In this document: positions 19,708 to 30,344 of the stretch, in pieces
Layout: every line of letters starts with the position of its first letter
Position numbering within the stretch: the first letter of the stretch is position 1
Sequence record: NC_049340.1
DNA: 64,000 nucleotides
Reading direction: 5' to 3' (one strand)
Notes under the pieces: generated by a model
Database searches by the model: none
Told to the model about the DNA's origin: nothing
Seen by the model: the letters and a program-made list of their open reading frames with translations, nothing else
Position numbers and translations under genes: made by a program

Positions 19708-20109
19708 ATGAAACCATTATACGAATCAATAACAGAAATTTTTTCAATCAATAATGATTTATTATTGATTGAGTGCGCATTATCTTCTGTATCATCTACT
19801 ACACAAGTAAATGAAAGTTATAATGTTGAACTAACTGTTGAGCAAATTGTGGAAATTCTTGAAAGTGCTGAACCAACATTGGTTTATGAGAATATTAAAG
19901 CACGTGCTCCAAAATTAAAAGGCAAGGCTGAAAAGGCTAGAAAAAATAAGGCAAAATTAATGTCTGCTGTTATGAAGAACAAAGAGGTTCAAAATGCAGT
20001 AACAAAATTAAGAACATTAATTGGTAGAGTTGCAAAGAGTATGAGTTCTGAAACAGGTGTTTCAGCAAAACAAGTAACCAAGGCATTAGACTCAAAATTA
20101 AAAATTTAG
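19708..20109 (+). CDS. Putative head-internal protein
   Basis: N-terminal MKPLYESITE, internal VNES, basic C-terminus. Confidence 0.45.
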   Translation: MKPLYESITEIFSINNDLLLIECALSSVSSTTQVNESYNVELTVEQIVEILESAEPTLVYENIKARAPKLKGKAEKARKNKAKLMSAVMKNKEVQNAVTKLRTLIGRVAKSMSSETGVSAKQVTKALDSKLKI

Positions 20110-20127
20110 TAACACATTGTTATATAC

Positions 20128-20157
20128 AAAGGCAATCGGAATATTCCGATTGCCTTT
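20128..20157. terminator. 30-bp perfect palindrome, probable terminator
   Basis: aaaggcaatcggaatattccgattgccttt followed by AT-rich sequence. Confidence 0.7.
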
Positions 20158-20173
20158 TAATTATTTATATAGT

Positions 20174-21225
20174 ATGAAGAAACGTTTATTAGTTAGTTTT
20201 AGTGGTGGTGAAACATCAGCACATATGGCACAATGGCTAAAGAAAATAAATCAGATGAATATGAAATGGTTTTTGTTTTTGCTAACACAGGTCAAGAAAA
20301 TGAAGAAACACTAGAATTTGTTAATAAATGTGATGAAGAGTATAATTTAAATGTTGTTTGGATTGAGGCAAAGACAATATGGGGTGTTCGTGCATATGGA
20401 AAGAAATACTACTTTAATGAATTAATGGATTATGAAAGATTCTTGAATAATTTTTATATCCATGAATTTGATTCTGTTGAGTTCTATAAGAATAAAATTT
20501 GTAAGGAAACCAAACAAAAGATTCCACAATATAGGAAATGTATTGAAGCAATACGAGCAGGAACAAGACATACCGTAGTTGATTATAAAACAGCAGATAG
20601 GGGTGGTGGTGTTTTTGAAAGAATGATACAAAAATACATGATTCCTAATAAACAAAATATGATTTGTACTAGGGAATTAAAAGAACGTCCTATACGTTCA
20701 TATGCTAGGTCAATTGGATGGTTAAATGGAACTTATGAAACTGCAATAGGTATAAGAGTTGATGAAATAGATAGGATTAGTTCAGAAAGATTAAAGAATA
20801 AACTTATATATCCATTGGTTAACATGAAACCAATGACAAAGAAAAATGTAAATTATTTTTGGTCATTACAGAATTTTAGATTAAATTTGAAAGGTTACCA
20901 AGGGAACTGTAAAACCTGTTGGAAGAAGTCTTTTAGAAAGTTAGGAACAATAGCTAAAGAGACACCAAAATTTTATGATTTCTTTGGTGAAATGGAACGG
21001 AAATATGGACACTTTGTATCTGAGGGTAGAAAGAGTGCAAAAACATTAGAAGTTCCTTTAAGATTCTTTAGAAGTGGTTATACAGTAGATATGGTTCTTG
21101 ATATACCTAATGACACAAACTTCAAAGATGCATTTGATGATAGTGTAGAATATGATGAAACGCTAACGGATGGTACTTTACTTGATATAAGTAATGGTTG
21201 TTCCGAAAGTTGTGAAGTCTTTTAA
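20174..21225 (+). CDS. PAPS-reductase-family (PP-loop) protein (apparent 1-nt deletion at 20239-41)
   Basis: VSFSGGETS PP-loop, FANTGQE, C-terminal GNCKTCWKK and CSESC cysteines. Confidence 0.8.
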
Positions 21226-21236
21226 ATAAATAATAT

Positions 21237-21614
21237 ATGTTAAAAAGCAAAAACGAAAACGAAAATGTTGTTGAGGTAACAACATTTTATGCAAATATAT
21301 ATGTTGGTTTGCGTGAACAATATACAGAAAATATATACAATATAAATGATGTTAATAATGTTGTTGATTTTTATATTAAAGCAATTGGTGGTGATTGTGT
21401 AACAATCACACCAACACAATATAGGTATTTAGATGGGTTTGATGATGGTGTTATTGTTGGATTTATTAACTATCCAAGATTTGAAAGGTCGAATGAAGAA
21501 ATAACACAAAGAGCATTAAAACTTGGTGAATTACTTATGAAAACATTAAAGCAAAATAGAGTAAGTGTAGTAACACCGACAAAAACATTTATGTTAACCA
21601 ACAAAGAATTATAA
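21237..21614 (+). CDS. Hypothetical protein
   Basis: 125-aa ORF. Confidence 0.7.
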   Translation: MLKSKNENENVVEVTTFYANIYVGLREQYTENIYNINDVNNVVDFYIKAIGGDCVTITPTQYRYLDGFDDGVIVGFINYPRFERSNEEITQRALKLGELLMKTLKQNRVSVVTPTKTFMLTNKEL

Positions 21615-21617
21615 AAC

Positions 21618-21833
21618 ATGGCAATACATTTAATAGAAGAACCAGCAGAATTACATGAACAATTTCGTGTTTATGAGAAGTGTTTCTTTGGTTGTGGAAA
21701 CTCAACCAAATATTGGCATGCTGGAACAAATCAACCTGTATGTAAATCGTGTGCAAAGGTTAGGAAAACATCTGAGTTACCTAAATGTACACCTGATTAC
21801 AAACCTAAGACAAAAAAAGAGTATACAAAATGA
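21618..21833 (+). CDS. Small Cys-rich (Zn-binding-like) protein
   Basis: CFFGC ... CKSC. Confidence 0.6.
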   Translation: MAIHLIEEPAELHEQFRVYEKCFFGCGNSTKYWHAGTNQPVCKSCAKVRKTSELPKCTPDYKPKTKKEYTK

Positions 21834-22110
21834 TAACACTAGTAGTAAACAATAAAAAACGAATCATACGTGATAAGTTATATCATATCACACCGAGAAT
21901 GATTTACATTGCACGTATAAGAACTATAACATAGAAATAAATGCACAAGAAACTGGTGGTTATTATATTCGTGTTGTTGATTTGGGTGCAGAACACTTTG
22001 CAACAGTTGTAGATGGTTATTTTAACGACTTTAATTCAACAAGGGATAATAAGTATCAGACAATAGAAGATTGTCTACGAGAAGCGATAGAAAACATAGA
22101 AATTAAATAA
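21830..22110 (+). CDS. Hypothetical protein (apparent 1-nt deletion at 21893-94)
   Basis: Restoring one C gives a continuous ORF to TAA at 22110. Confidence 0.45.
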
Positions 22111-22120
22111 ACATAATAAG

Positions 22121-22441
22121 ATGAGTGAAGAATTTTTAAGTGCATTAAAACATGTATCAAAAACAGTAAGACCACGTACTAAAACATCAGTAGTTTTAAA
22201 GATGGTTGAAGAAGTTGGTGAATTAAGTACAGAAGTTGCAATTAGTGATGGATTATCATATAAAGAACGTGGTAAAGATGGTGTAGTTGGTGAAGCTGTT
22301 GATGTTATTTTATGTGCAATGGATTTGATTGTTATGGAACAGCCTAACATAACACAAGACGAATTAATGGAAGTAATGTACAGAAAGGCTAATAAATGGC
22401 AAAGGTCGTGTACAGATAACCACAAAATTGATAAAAACTAA
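22121..22441 (+). CDS. MazG-like nucleotide pyrophosphohydrolase
   Basis: KMVEEVGEL ... GEAVDVILCAMD acidic motif. Confidence 0.8.
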   Translation: MSEEFLSALKHVSKTVRPRTKTSVVLKMVEEVGELSTEVAISDGLSYKERGKDGVVGEAVDVILCAMDLIVMEQPNITQDELMEVMYRKANKWQRSCTDNHKIDKN

Positions 22442-22445
22442 TATT

Positions 22446-23086
22446 ATGGAATATATAAAAATAACTCAATTTAATGAGTGTGATTTATTCACTACAAAAG
22501 GTGATTCAATAAAAATTGAATCACATATAACACGAAACCAATTAAAAGAGTTATCAATTATCGGAATTGAGTATCCTAAACAAACAATATATAATTCTAT
22601 TCAGAATGAATCTTTTTTAGTAAGTATAAAGGAATTATTAGAAAACGCCATTGTTAGTGATGAATTTCAATGGACTAAGGATTTAAATGGATTGAAGATA
22701 TTAACCATGTTTGGTATTGATAATAATAGGAAAAATGTTATTGCTAGTAGTGGTTTTGGTTGCTGGATTAGTGAGTTCTTAGATAAAAATCCACAATCTA
22801 CGATTAGGTTAACAAATGATTTTAAAAAATCTACAAAATTAGAATTTCAGCCACTATATAAGTTTGGTGTTTTAGAGTGGGGTGATAGAAAAATAAACAT
22901 TTATATTAATGCATATATGAAATTTAATGATAATGAGTTATATTTCACCGACAAAATAAATGTTTCTGAAGTTGTGGATTGTTGGTTGATGATGATTCAA
23001 AAAACAATAGCAAGATTATAAAAACTACTGGAAGATTTATTTCTAGACCAAAAGGTGATATAATTCAGGTTGATTGTGCGGAATAG
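22446..23086 (+). CDS. Hypothetical protein (apparent 1-nt deletion at 22984-85)
   Basis: ORF 22428..23021 extends to TAG at 23086 when one G is restored. Confidence 0.6.
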
Positions 23087-23108
23087 ATAACACATACATA
23101 CTAGACTA

Positions 23109-23132
23109 AAAGTGCGGATTTATCCGCACTTT
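23109..23132. terminator. Intergenic hairpin
   Basis: aaagtgcggat-tt-atccgcacttt. Confidence 0.65.
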
Positions 23133-23161
23133 GTTTTATTACACAAAATTAAAAACAGGAT

Positions 23162-26100
23162 ATGAGCGAAGACCGCAAAATACTTTTACCATCGGCATTA
23201 TCTACATACGAAAAAGAGCAACAACAGCAGTTAAATTTTGAGGATTTAGCACGTACTGATATGCACTTTAGATTGCGAACAGGTGCTGATATTCTTATTG
23301 AGGAAAACGGCATACACATACAAAATCCATTTAAGTTTTCACACACGGATATTTATAAATGGTCAGAGTCTCAGAATGAAAATATTGATGTTGTATTACA
23401 AAATTACAGTTCATATTTCGAAAAGGTAAAGGCTAGATATGATGTTGAAAAACGTCTTACTTATAGACCATATATCACTACAGATGGGTTTACAAATAAT
23501 TTAGATGTTAGTGGATTAACACAAGGTCAGAAAATAGATAAGATTTATCAATTCAATAAGGATAGAATTGATTTACTTAGAAAGACTGATGATAGTTTGG
23601 ATGCACAAGCAGAAATTGACCACCGTAGAAACAATATTTTCGAACTTCTATACCATAAACACGGAAAGGATTTAGATAACTTGTTATTGAAGTTATATGG
23701 TGATGATTTAGCAATTAGTAATCGTGTTACCATTCTACAGAATTATCGTGAGCGTGATGCTAAACCAAATCCAAAGAACCCTAGTGAGATTTTACCAGCT
23801 AACTATTCACATGCACAAAGAACATACACCATTGGTGAAATGATTGAAATATTACAATCACCAAAGTTAAATGAGCTTGATAAATCGGATAGGTTATTAG
23901 TTATACCTAACATAACAGGTAATCGTGTGGTTGGTGATATTGCATATGTTAATTGGAGTGGTATGCAGGTGTTTGATATTGACTTGAAATTTTCACCAAC
24001 ATTTATAGCAAATGGTTCTAGTGCTGGTGAAATTCGTGATATATTATTCGAGAAGTTAAAACACTATCCATGGTTTATGGGTATTACATTATCTTCGAGT
24101 GGTCGTGCATTGCACTTATATACCAAAGTATCAAAACCACATAACATATTTAAAACACCTGAGCATAATATTGATATTTCTAAGTATTGGTACAGAATGT
24201 CATATGTACAGAAGTATTGTGCAATATGTTACGTTTTATTTCATCATTGTGATATTGATGTTTATGATGAGAATGAGCGTAAAGAAAAGGTGGTTGATAC
24301 GGCAATGGCAAGGGTTCAACAAGGTATTGCAATGAACCATGACCCTAATGGAAAATGGAACAATAATTTTATTGATTTACCACCTCAATTATTTTACCAC
24401 TTACCACCTGAACAGGGTTTGAAAGATTCTGATTGGTTGGATTTACCACACGTAACAAATGCATTTAAGAATTGGTTTTATGATAATGCTGTTAATGATG
24501 AGGAAAATGAGGAAGTAACTCAGAGGGTTGGTAGTATGAAAATTATTGCTGATGATTCATATAAATTGGGTGATATTTCACAAATTGATATGGATTCTTT
24601 GGGCAAGGGTGAGAAGTATAGTACTCGTTGGCGTGTATGTAACACTCTTATTGCATCATATGGAGATACACCACAAGCAAAGGAATTAGCATATCATATT
24701 TTACAGGTTGGTAAAAGTTCATCTGAGTCTCAGGTTGATGCCTTTTTACGTTCTGCTGTAATGAACCGAAAGGAAGCTGATGTTTATATGATTAAACAAC
24801 TTAGAAAGTTAGGTTTACAGATTGCATTAGATGAGGAAACAACACAACAATTATCTGATGATAATATGGAACGTGTTCGATTTATGGTTGAGAAGTCAAA
24901 CTATGCATTTAGGCAACACATGCCTAATCATTTAGTTAATTTGGCTGATGGTGAGTATTTGGGTATGCGAATGAATCAGATTGTTAATTCATTCGACCAA
25001 TTTAAAGTTAATGTAATTGAATCTGCACCGAATACTGGAAAGACTGAATTTTTCAAAGCACTTGCACGTAAGAAAGCTGTTTGTTTAGTTATTCCATTTA
25101 CGTCTGTAATTGAATCTAAGGTTATTTCTGATGAGTCAATTTGTGAATTGTTTGATGCTTATTATGGTGATATTTCGGTATATGATATTAAGAAAGGGCG
25201 TAGTGCGGTAATGACGATTGATAAGTTTAGTAAGCTACCTAAGAGTAAGTATAAAATGTTTGATTACATTGCAATTGATGAATCACATTTATTATTTACA
25301 TCCACATATAGACTTCCAGTAGTATCAATGACAGTTGAGAATATTAGAACCAACTTACTAAAGGATGTTTCAATGGTTAAGAACTCAATGTCAAGTGTTA
25401 TGAGTGTTCAGAGTTTGTTGAATTTTGTTGAGCAAGAGGAAACAACAATTGAACTACCTAAGATAATTTTAATGACAGGTACTATTACTGCTGAGTTGGA
25501 TTATTTTAAACACTATGATATACTTAACTATATTAAGGTACAAAAGAAACACCCACACCATAAGAAAGCTGAATTTGTTTTATCTAAATCAGCACAAACT
25601 AGGGATTTATTAATTTTTAAGGAAATTTCTGAGGTTCTTGGTAGAGGTGGTAAAGTAATACATCCAACAAATAATGGTGATGGTTATGCAAATAAAGTTG
25701 TTGAATGTGTACAACACATACTAGGTAGAAAAGTTAAGTGGGAATATTATAAACGTGCAAATACTGATGAAACATTTTTAGAGCGTATTAACACAGATAC
25801 CACAGTAGATGATTTAGAACTATTATTTTGTTCTGATTATTTATCGGTTGGTATTGATATTAAAGATGTAGATGATTTTGAGTTTATATACTCTTCTGAT
25901 TTTACTGCTGAAAGTATTGAGCAGTTTAATAATAGACTACGTTCAACTAATATTAACAGTAAGATATTCTTTGATGTATTAGATGCTGATGGTCAACAAA
26001 AGCCTAATATTATGAACCTACAGCAAATTGAATATAAGGCGAATGCTGAATTTCAGAATATGATATCTGATGAGGAAACAATTGCCAAGATTCAACAACA

Positions 26101-27172
26101 TGTTGGTGCTAAGTCACAATACTATGCAGTAATTGGCGAAATGTTCTCAAAGTATTTTGTTCAGGATATGTTTGGTAATATTAAATATGTTAAATCAGCA
26201 TTCGAGATTGAACAATTTGAAAACGCATACAAGAACATTGCTAGGTCATTACTTTACATAAAGACTAGTATGGAATTGAAATATCAATATGAAGTAAGTG
26301 TATCATTCAAAGAAGAACTTTCCGAAAACGAAATTGAGAAGTTTAAAGAAATACAAAAGGTAGCTAAATCTGAATATGATTTACAGAAATCTAATAGTAT
26401 GTTACAGATTATTGACTTTGTTTCATCTGATTCTGTTTATGATGTAATTTCAAAAAGGGATTATAAATTATTAAAGATAAATGATGAACTTGAAGAAGAT
26501 GAAATAGGTTTACATTTGGGGTATAATTCTGATGAGGATTCATTTACAATATCATATAACAGAAAACATAAAGTTATGTTAGAAGAAAGTATGAAGATTG
26601 CGAGTAAGTTAAGGAAATTGTATTCACATAACACAGTAAAAGCAATTTTGGTTAGTTGTACATCACAGACTAGTGGCATTATTAGACGAATTGATGTATA
26701 CCGATATATGGATTTAATGAAGTTAATGTTTGTTGATAAAAAGCAAACGCTATCAATGAATACTGCTGAGTTATTATCAACTGCATACACATTTATATTT
26801 CCTAGTGAGGGTAAACAAAAAATTGAACGTTGGGAATATGAAGAAATGAAAATGCAAATGAAACATAAAATTGATGAAAGTGTTTTTAATATTGCTGAGA
26901 CTGAATTTAAATCAACTAGACGAAAGGAAAATGTTGATGGATTAATTAATAAGTTTGTTGATACATTATTCATTAAAAGAGTTGGTAGAGAAAATGTTAA
27001 TATTGAATTTAGAAAGATATTTCCATTTGATTCAGAAACAATAAATGAGCGTGTAAAACAGGACACAATATTCAATCAATTATTAAAAGATGATTATACT
27101 GAAATTGACCCTAATGAGGTGCATGATGTTTCATCAAATCACATAAATGATGATATACAATTTATGGTTTAA
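23162..27172 (+). CDS. Primase-like (VirE-N/BT4734-type) domain fused to an SF2 helicase
   Basis: WSGMQVFDIDLK..LSSSGRALHLY; Walker A SAPNTGKT, IAIDESH, LMTGT, LSVGIDI; 1336 aa. Confidence 0.65.
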   Translation: MSEDRKILLPSALSTYEKEQQQQLNFEDLARTDMHFRLRTGADILIEENGIHIQNPFKFSHTDIYKWSESQNENIDVVLQNYSSYFEKVKARYDVEKRLTYRPYITTDGFTNNLDVSGLTQGQKIDKIYQFNKDRIDLLRKTDDSLDAQAEIDHRRNNIFELLYHKHGKDLDNLLLKLYGDDLAISNRVTILQNYRERDAKPNPKNPSEILPANYSHAQRTYTIGEMIEILQSPKLNELDKSDRLLVIPNITGNRVVGDIAYVNWSGMQVFDIDLKFSPTFIANGSSAGEIRDILFEKLKHYPWFMGITLSSSGRALHLYTKVSKPHNIFKTPEHNIDISKYWYRMSYVQKYCAICYVLFHHCDIDVYDENERKEKVVDTAMARVQQGIAMNHDPNGKWNNNFIDLPPQLFYHLPPEQGLKDSDWLDLPHVTNAFKNWFYDNAVNDEENEEVTQRVGSMKIIADDSYKLGDISQIDMDSLGKGEKYSTRWRVCNTLIASYGDTPQAKELAYHILQVGKSSSESQVDAFLRSAVMNRKEADVYMIKQLRKLGLQIALDEETTQQLSDDNMERVRFMVEKSNYAFRQHMPNHLVNLADGEYLGMRMNQIVNSFDQFKVNVIESAPNTGKTEFFKALARKKAVCLVIPFTSVIESKVISDESICELFDAYYGDISVYDIKKGRSAVMTIDKFSKLPKSKYKMFDYIAIDESHLLFTSTYRLPVVSMTVENIRTNLLKDVSMVKNSMSSVMSVQSLLNFVEQEETTIELPKIILMTGTITAELDYFKHYDILNYIKVQKKHPHHKKAEFVLSKSAQTRDLLIFKEISEVLGRGGKVIHPTNNGDGYANKVVECVQHILGRKVKWEYYKRANTDETFLERINTDTTVDDLELLFCSDYLSVGIDIKDVDDFEFIYSSDFTAESIEQFNNRLRSTNINSKIFFDVLDADGQQKPNIMNLQQIEYKANAEFQNMISDEETIAKIQQHVGAKSQYYAVIGEMFSKYFVQDMFGNIKYVKSAFEIEQFENAYKNIARSLLYIKTSMELKYQYEVSVSFKEELSENEIEKFKEIQKVAKSEYDLQKSNSMLQIIDFVSSDSVYDVISKRDYKLLKINDELEEDEIGLHLGYNSDEDSFTISYNRKHKVMLEESMKIASKLRKLYSHNTVKAILVSCTSQTSGIIRRIDVYRYMDLMKLMFVDKKQTLSMNTAELLSTAYTFIFPSEGKQKIERWEYEEMKMQMKHKIDESVFNIAETEFKSTRRKENVDGLINKFVDTLFIKRVGRENVNIEFRKIFPFDSETINERVKQDTIFNQLLKDDYTEIDPNEVHDVSSNHINDDIQFMV

Positions 27173-27204
27173 TATACATATAAAGAACCTAAACTTATAC
27201 AGTT

Positions 27205-27402
27205 ATGACTAAAATTAGGATATTTTTAGTTGTATTATTATCAACCTTTTTATTCGCTTCGGTAATACCTAAGCAAGATGGCAAAGTTATCCAAACTATA
27301 GGAGGCGTTGAGTTCACTAAATGTGACTTGGAACGCATTGCAACAAAAGTAACTACTGCATCTATATACTACCACAACGACATAAATAGGGTTAAGAAAT
27401 AA
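27205..27402 (+). CDS. Small secreted/membrane protein
   Basis: Signal-peptide-like N-terminus MTKIRIFLVVLLSTFLFA. Confidence 0.55.
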   Translation: MTKIRIFLVVLLSTFLFASVIPKQDGKVIQTIGGVEFTKCDLERIATKVTTASIYYHNDINRVKK

Positions 27403-27405
27403 TAC

Positions 27406-27433
27406 AAAGAGTGGCGCAATTGCGCCACTCTTT
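27406..27433. terminator. 28-bp perfect palindrome, probable terminator
   Basis: aaagagtggcgcaattgcgccactcttt. Confidence 0.7.
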
Positions 27434-27478
27434 CCGTTTCATACAATACATTGTTTTATACAAAAAATTATTAACTGA

Positions 27479-29059
27479 ATGCAACCAATATTATACTACA
27501 TACAACAAAGGCATCGTGATAAGGCTATTATGGATATATCATCCATTGATGGTTTAGAAATTAGAACATTAGATGAGTATCTAATGAGGTTTCCAATATG
27601 CAAAAAACTTGTATATGAGTATTTAAAGAAAACACCAGTTTCGGTAAATATTTCATACTTACATAATTTATTTAAAAATCAGGAGTCCTTTGATTGGTAT
27701 TTATCCGAGGCTATACAAAATGATAGTGTAGCCAAAAGGGTGGTTGATAAAATAGTATATGACCCATACACATGGGATTATGGTATTAGGGATATTCAAA
27801 ATACCATATTTGATAGTAAATACTTATTATTGGATATACATCGAAAGAGAGCGAAGAAGTGTGTTGATATTTATTTAAGGGCGCAAGCTACACACTATTC
27901 AGCACATATAACAAAACTTAGAGGATTTGATACTAAACAAAGGCATGATGAGTTTTTCAAAAAGCGAATGGATATAACAAGGGATATGTTTGAAAATTAT
28001 ATCTTAAAGGATGTTGATTTGCCTGAAAATTTATATGTAAATTATATGTTTGATTTTATTGAAATCTATGATTCAAAAACTCGAATTACATTTAGACATA
28101 CAATAAAGTATGATATGGATAATGATATTAAATTGATTTATCATTTAAATTTAAAGGGTCAAAAAGATTCTGATGGTATGGTTCGTGCAAACCCAACAAA
28201 GAAATCAACAACCAAGGTTCGTGATGTCTTGAAGTTTATTAGAAGATATCCAGCAATATTTAAGATGTTAGATAATATTGATAATTACGGTAACAGGATT
28301 CTTAAATATCATTTGGATTTAAAACAGTTGAAAAAAGATTATGAATCAACATATGAACAGGCAGTTGCCAGCTTAACATCAATATTAGAGGAATTTAAGG
28401 GTGATGTTGGGTATTTAAATAAGTATTATTTGGGCATGTTATTTGTACACCCAAATTCCGTAGAGGCTAATTGGTTTAGAATTGGTAATAATGATTCATT
28501 AACATTAGTTAAGAAAACATATTATCAAGGTAAAGATGATGCAACCGATAATATAAAAGATTGGATACCATCATTTATAAGAACTCAAAACTATAAATGT
28601 AAGTCTTTAGATGATATGGCAAGATACTTGATAGATTTAGGTTTTATGAATGTATATTACTTAGACCGTGAACCTGAAATGAATGAATACTTTTTACTAT
28701 CCATGGGTAAAATAGACCATAGATATACAATGTTATTCCTAATGTCAACATGTAAAGAGGGTACTAGGATTCTAGAACCATATTTAAATAACCGTTCACA
28801 AAAAAGAGTTATAAAGGATTATGAGTCTATGTTGACTACTAATTCACCAGTTCCATACATAAAACCAAATGATGAGGACTTAAATAAAGGTAAATTTATG
28901 TCACGTATTGAATATGAATATAAGCAACATTGGCAACATGATTTTAAATTAAATAGAAATAGAAATCTAACATTAATTAAAAAATTAATGTTAGATTTTT
29001 CTAAGAAATATAACAAAGTATTGAACTTAGATAAAACTAAACAGAATGAAAAGAATTGA
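27479..29059 (+). CDS. Hypothetical protein
   Basis: 526-aa ORF; no motif recognised. Confidence 0.8.
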   Translation: MQPILYYIQQRHRDKAIMDISSIDGLEIRTLDEYLMRFPICKKLVYEYLKKTPVSVNISYLHNLFKNQESFDWYLSEAIQNDSVAKRVVDKIVYDPYTWDYGIRDIQNTIFDSKYLLLDIHRKRAKKCVDIYLRAQATHYSAHITKLRGFDTKQRHDEFFKKRMDITRDMFENYILKDVDLPENLYVNYMFDFIEIYDSKTRITFRHTIKYDMDNDIKLIYHLNLKGQKDSDGMVRANPTKKSTTKVRDVLKFIRRYPAIFKMLDNIDNYGNRILKYHLDLKQLKKDYESTYEQAVASLTSILEEFKGDVGYLNKYYLGMLFVHPNSVEANWFRIGNNDSLTLVKKTYYQGKDDATDNIKDWIPSFIRTQNYKCKSLDDMARYLIDLGFMNVYYLDREPEMNEYFLLSMGKIDHRYTMLFLMSTCKEGTRILEPYLNNRSQKRVIKDYESMLTTNSPVPYIKPNDEDLNKGKFMSRIEYEYKQHWQHDFKLNRNRNLTLIKKLMLDFSKKYNKVLNLDKTKQNEKN

Positions 29060-29404
29060 AAAATAATAAATAAATTTCCATCACTTACAGAATCAGAAAT
29101 TTATTTAATCCGATGCAATTCACATAAGTATTGTAAACCAAAAGAATTGGAAGCAATATTACACTATTATACTGTATTAGATATTAGTGGAAAAATCTGT
29201 AACATGGATGATGACTTGGTTAACAATATATTTATTGCTTGTGAACAATCCTTTAATGATTGTGAAGATGAAGTAAAACACGATACATTATTAACAAATG
29301 AAATTAAGACATGGTTAATAACTAACGGATATGATAATATTGTTTTAAATGTTGGTATGTTACATTGGTTAACTGATTTGATAAATTCTAATATAGATTG
29401 TTAA
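29046..29404 (+). CDS. Hypothetical protein (apparent 1-nt deletion at 29059-63)
   Basis: MKRIEK joins IINKFPSL...EAILHY when one A is restored. Confidence 0.55.
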
Positions 29405-29435
29405 ATACTAAAAACAATTATACAAATATTAAACT

Positions 29436-30079
29436 ATGGCAGGAGGTCGCTCAATAACAGAAACACAAACAAATATACTTGGTCAATTTCAAAAAGTTCT
29501 AAGGTCACAAGTACATGATGACATTATAACACAATCAATAAGTCGTGGTAAGAAGAACATAAAACCTAAACAAGAGTCTGATGCTAGAACATTCGAAAGA
29601 ATACAAACAAAACAAGCGTTAGAGGCTACAAAAAGACAAATGATTATAGACCAAACAGCAATGGATAGAAATAGACATTCTCTATTAAATTCTGTACTTG
29701 ATATTTTTGGTATTGAGTGGTTAAAAAACCAAACAATTGATGCTGAATTGATGGAAGAGTTTAAAGGAAAAACTTACACCATATATAATTCGGATAAATT
29801 GAAAGTTTATTTTGAAATTAAACAAATTTTAAAATACAATGTTAAGTGTTTTATTCATATTGAACAAAACAAAGAGATATTCGTAAAGGCTGATGACTTC
29901 GAAACAACTAGAAGAACCATAAAAGCTAATAAGGTAATTAATGATAGTTTAGAACTTAAACCAGCATTGGGTGATATTTTTGAGTTCAGAAAACCTTACT
30001 AAAACCATTTAATGAATTAATTAGTTCGTATGGTATTGAAGATGATAATGCACAGAAAGAAGATATTTGGAAATTTTAA
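29436..30079 (+). CDS. Hypothetical protein (apparent 1-nt deletion at 29994-95)
   Basis: ORF 29436..30002 extends to ...EDIWKF* at 30079. Confidence 0.65.
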
Positions 30080-30089
30080 CATTTTTATG

Positions 30090-30120
30090 TTTGTAGTTAA
30101 AAAATAAGTTTTTATATTTG
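30090..30120 (+). promoter_or_regulatory. Sigma-A promoter
   Basis: TTTG 30090-93, 19-nt spacer, TATATTTG 30113-20. Confidence 0.7.
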
Positions 30121-30344
30121 TATCGTGATTTACAGGGGAGTTAATCATGTTAATAAAATTAATAACATAAAAGGGGTATAAAATTAAAACGATTAAATTA
30201 TTTTAAAAAAGTTGGTGAGTTTTTAGCTGAATGTGGTAAAGGTGCTTTTTACGCACTTAGAAAATAAGTTAAAAATTACATAACAAAGATTAGAGCGCAC
30301 CTTATACGGTGCGAATTTTTACACAGTAATATATTATTTATAAA

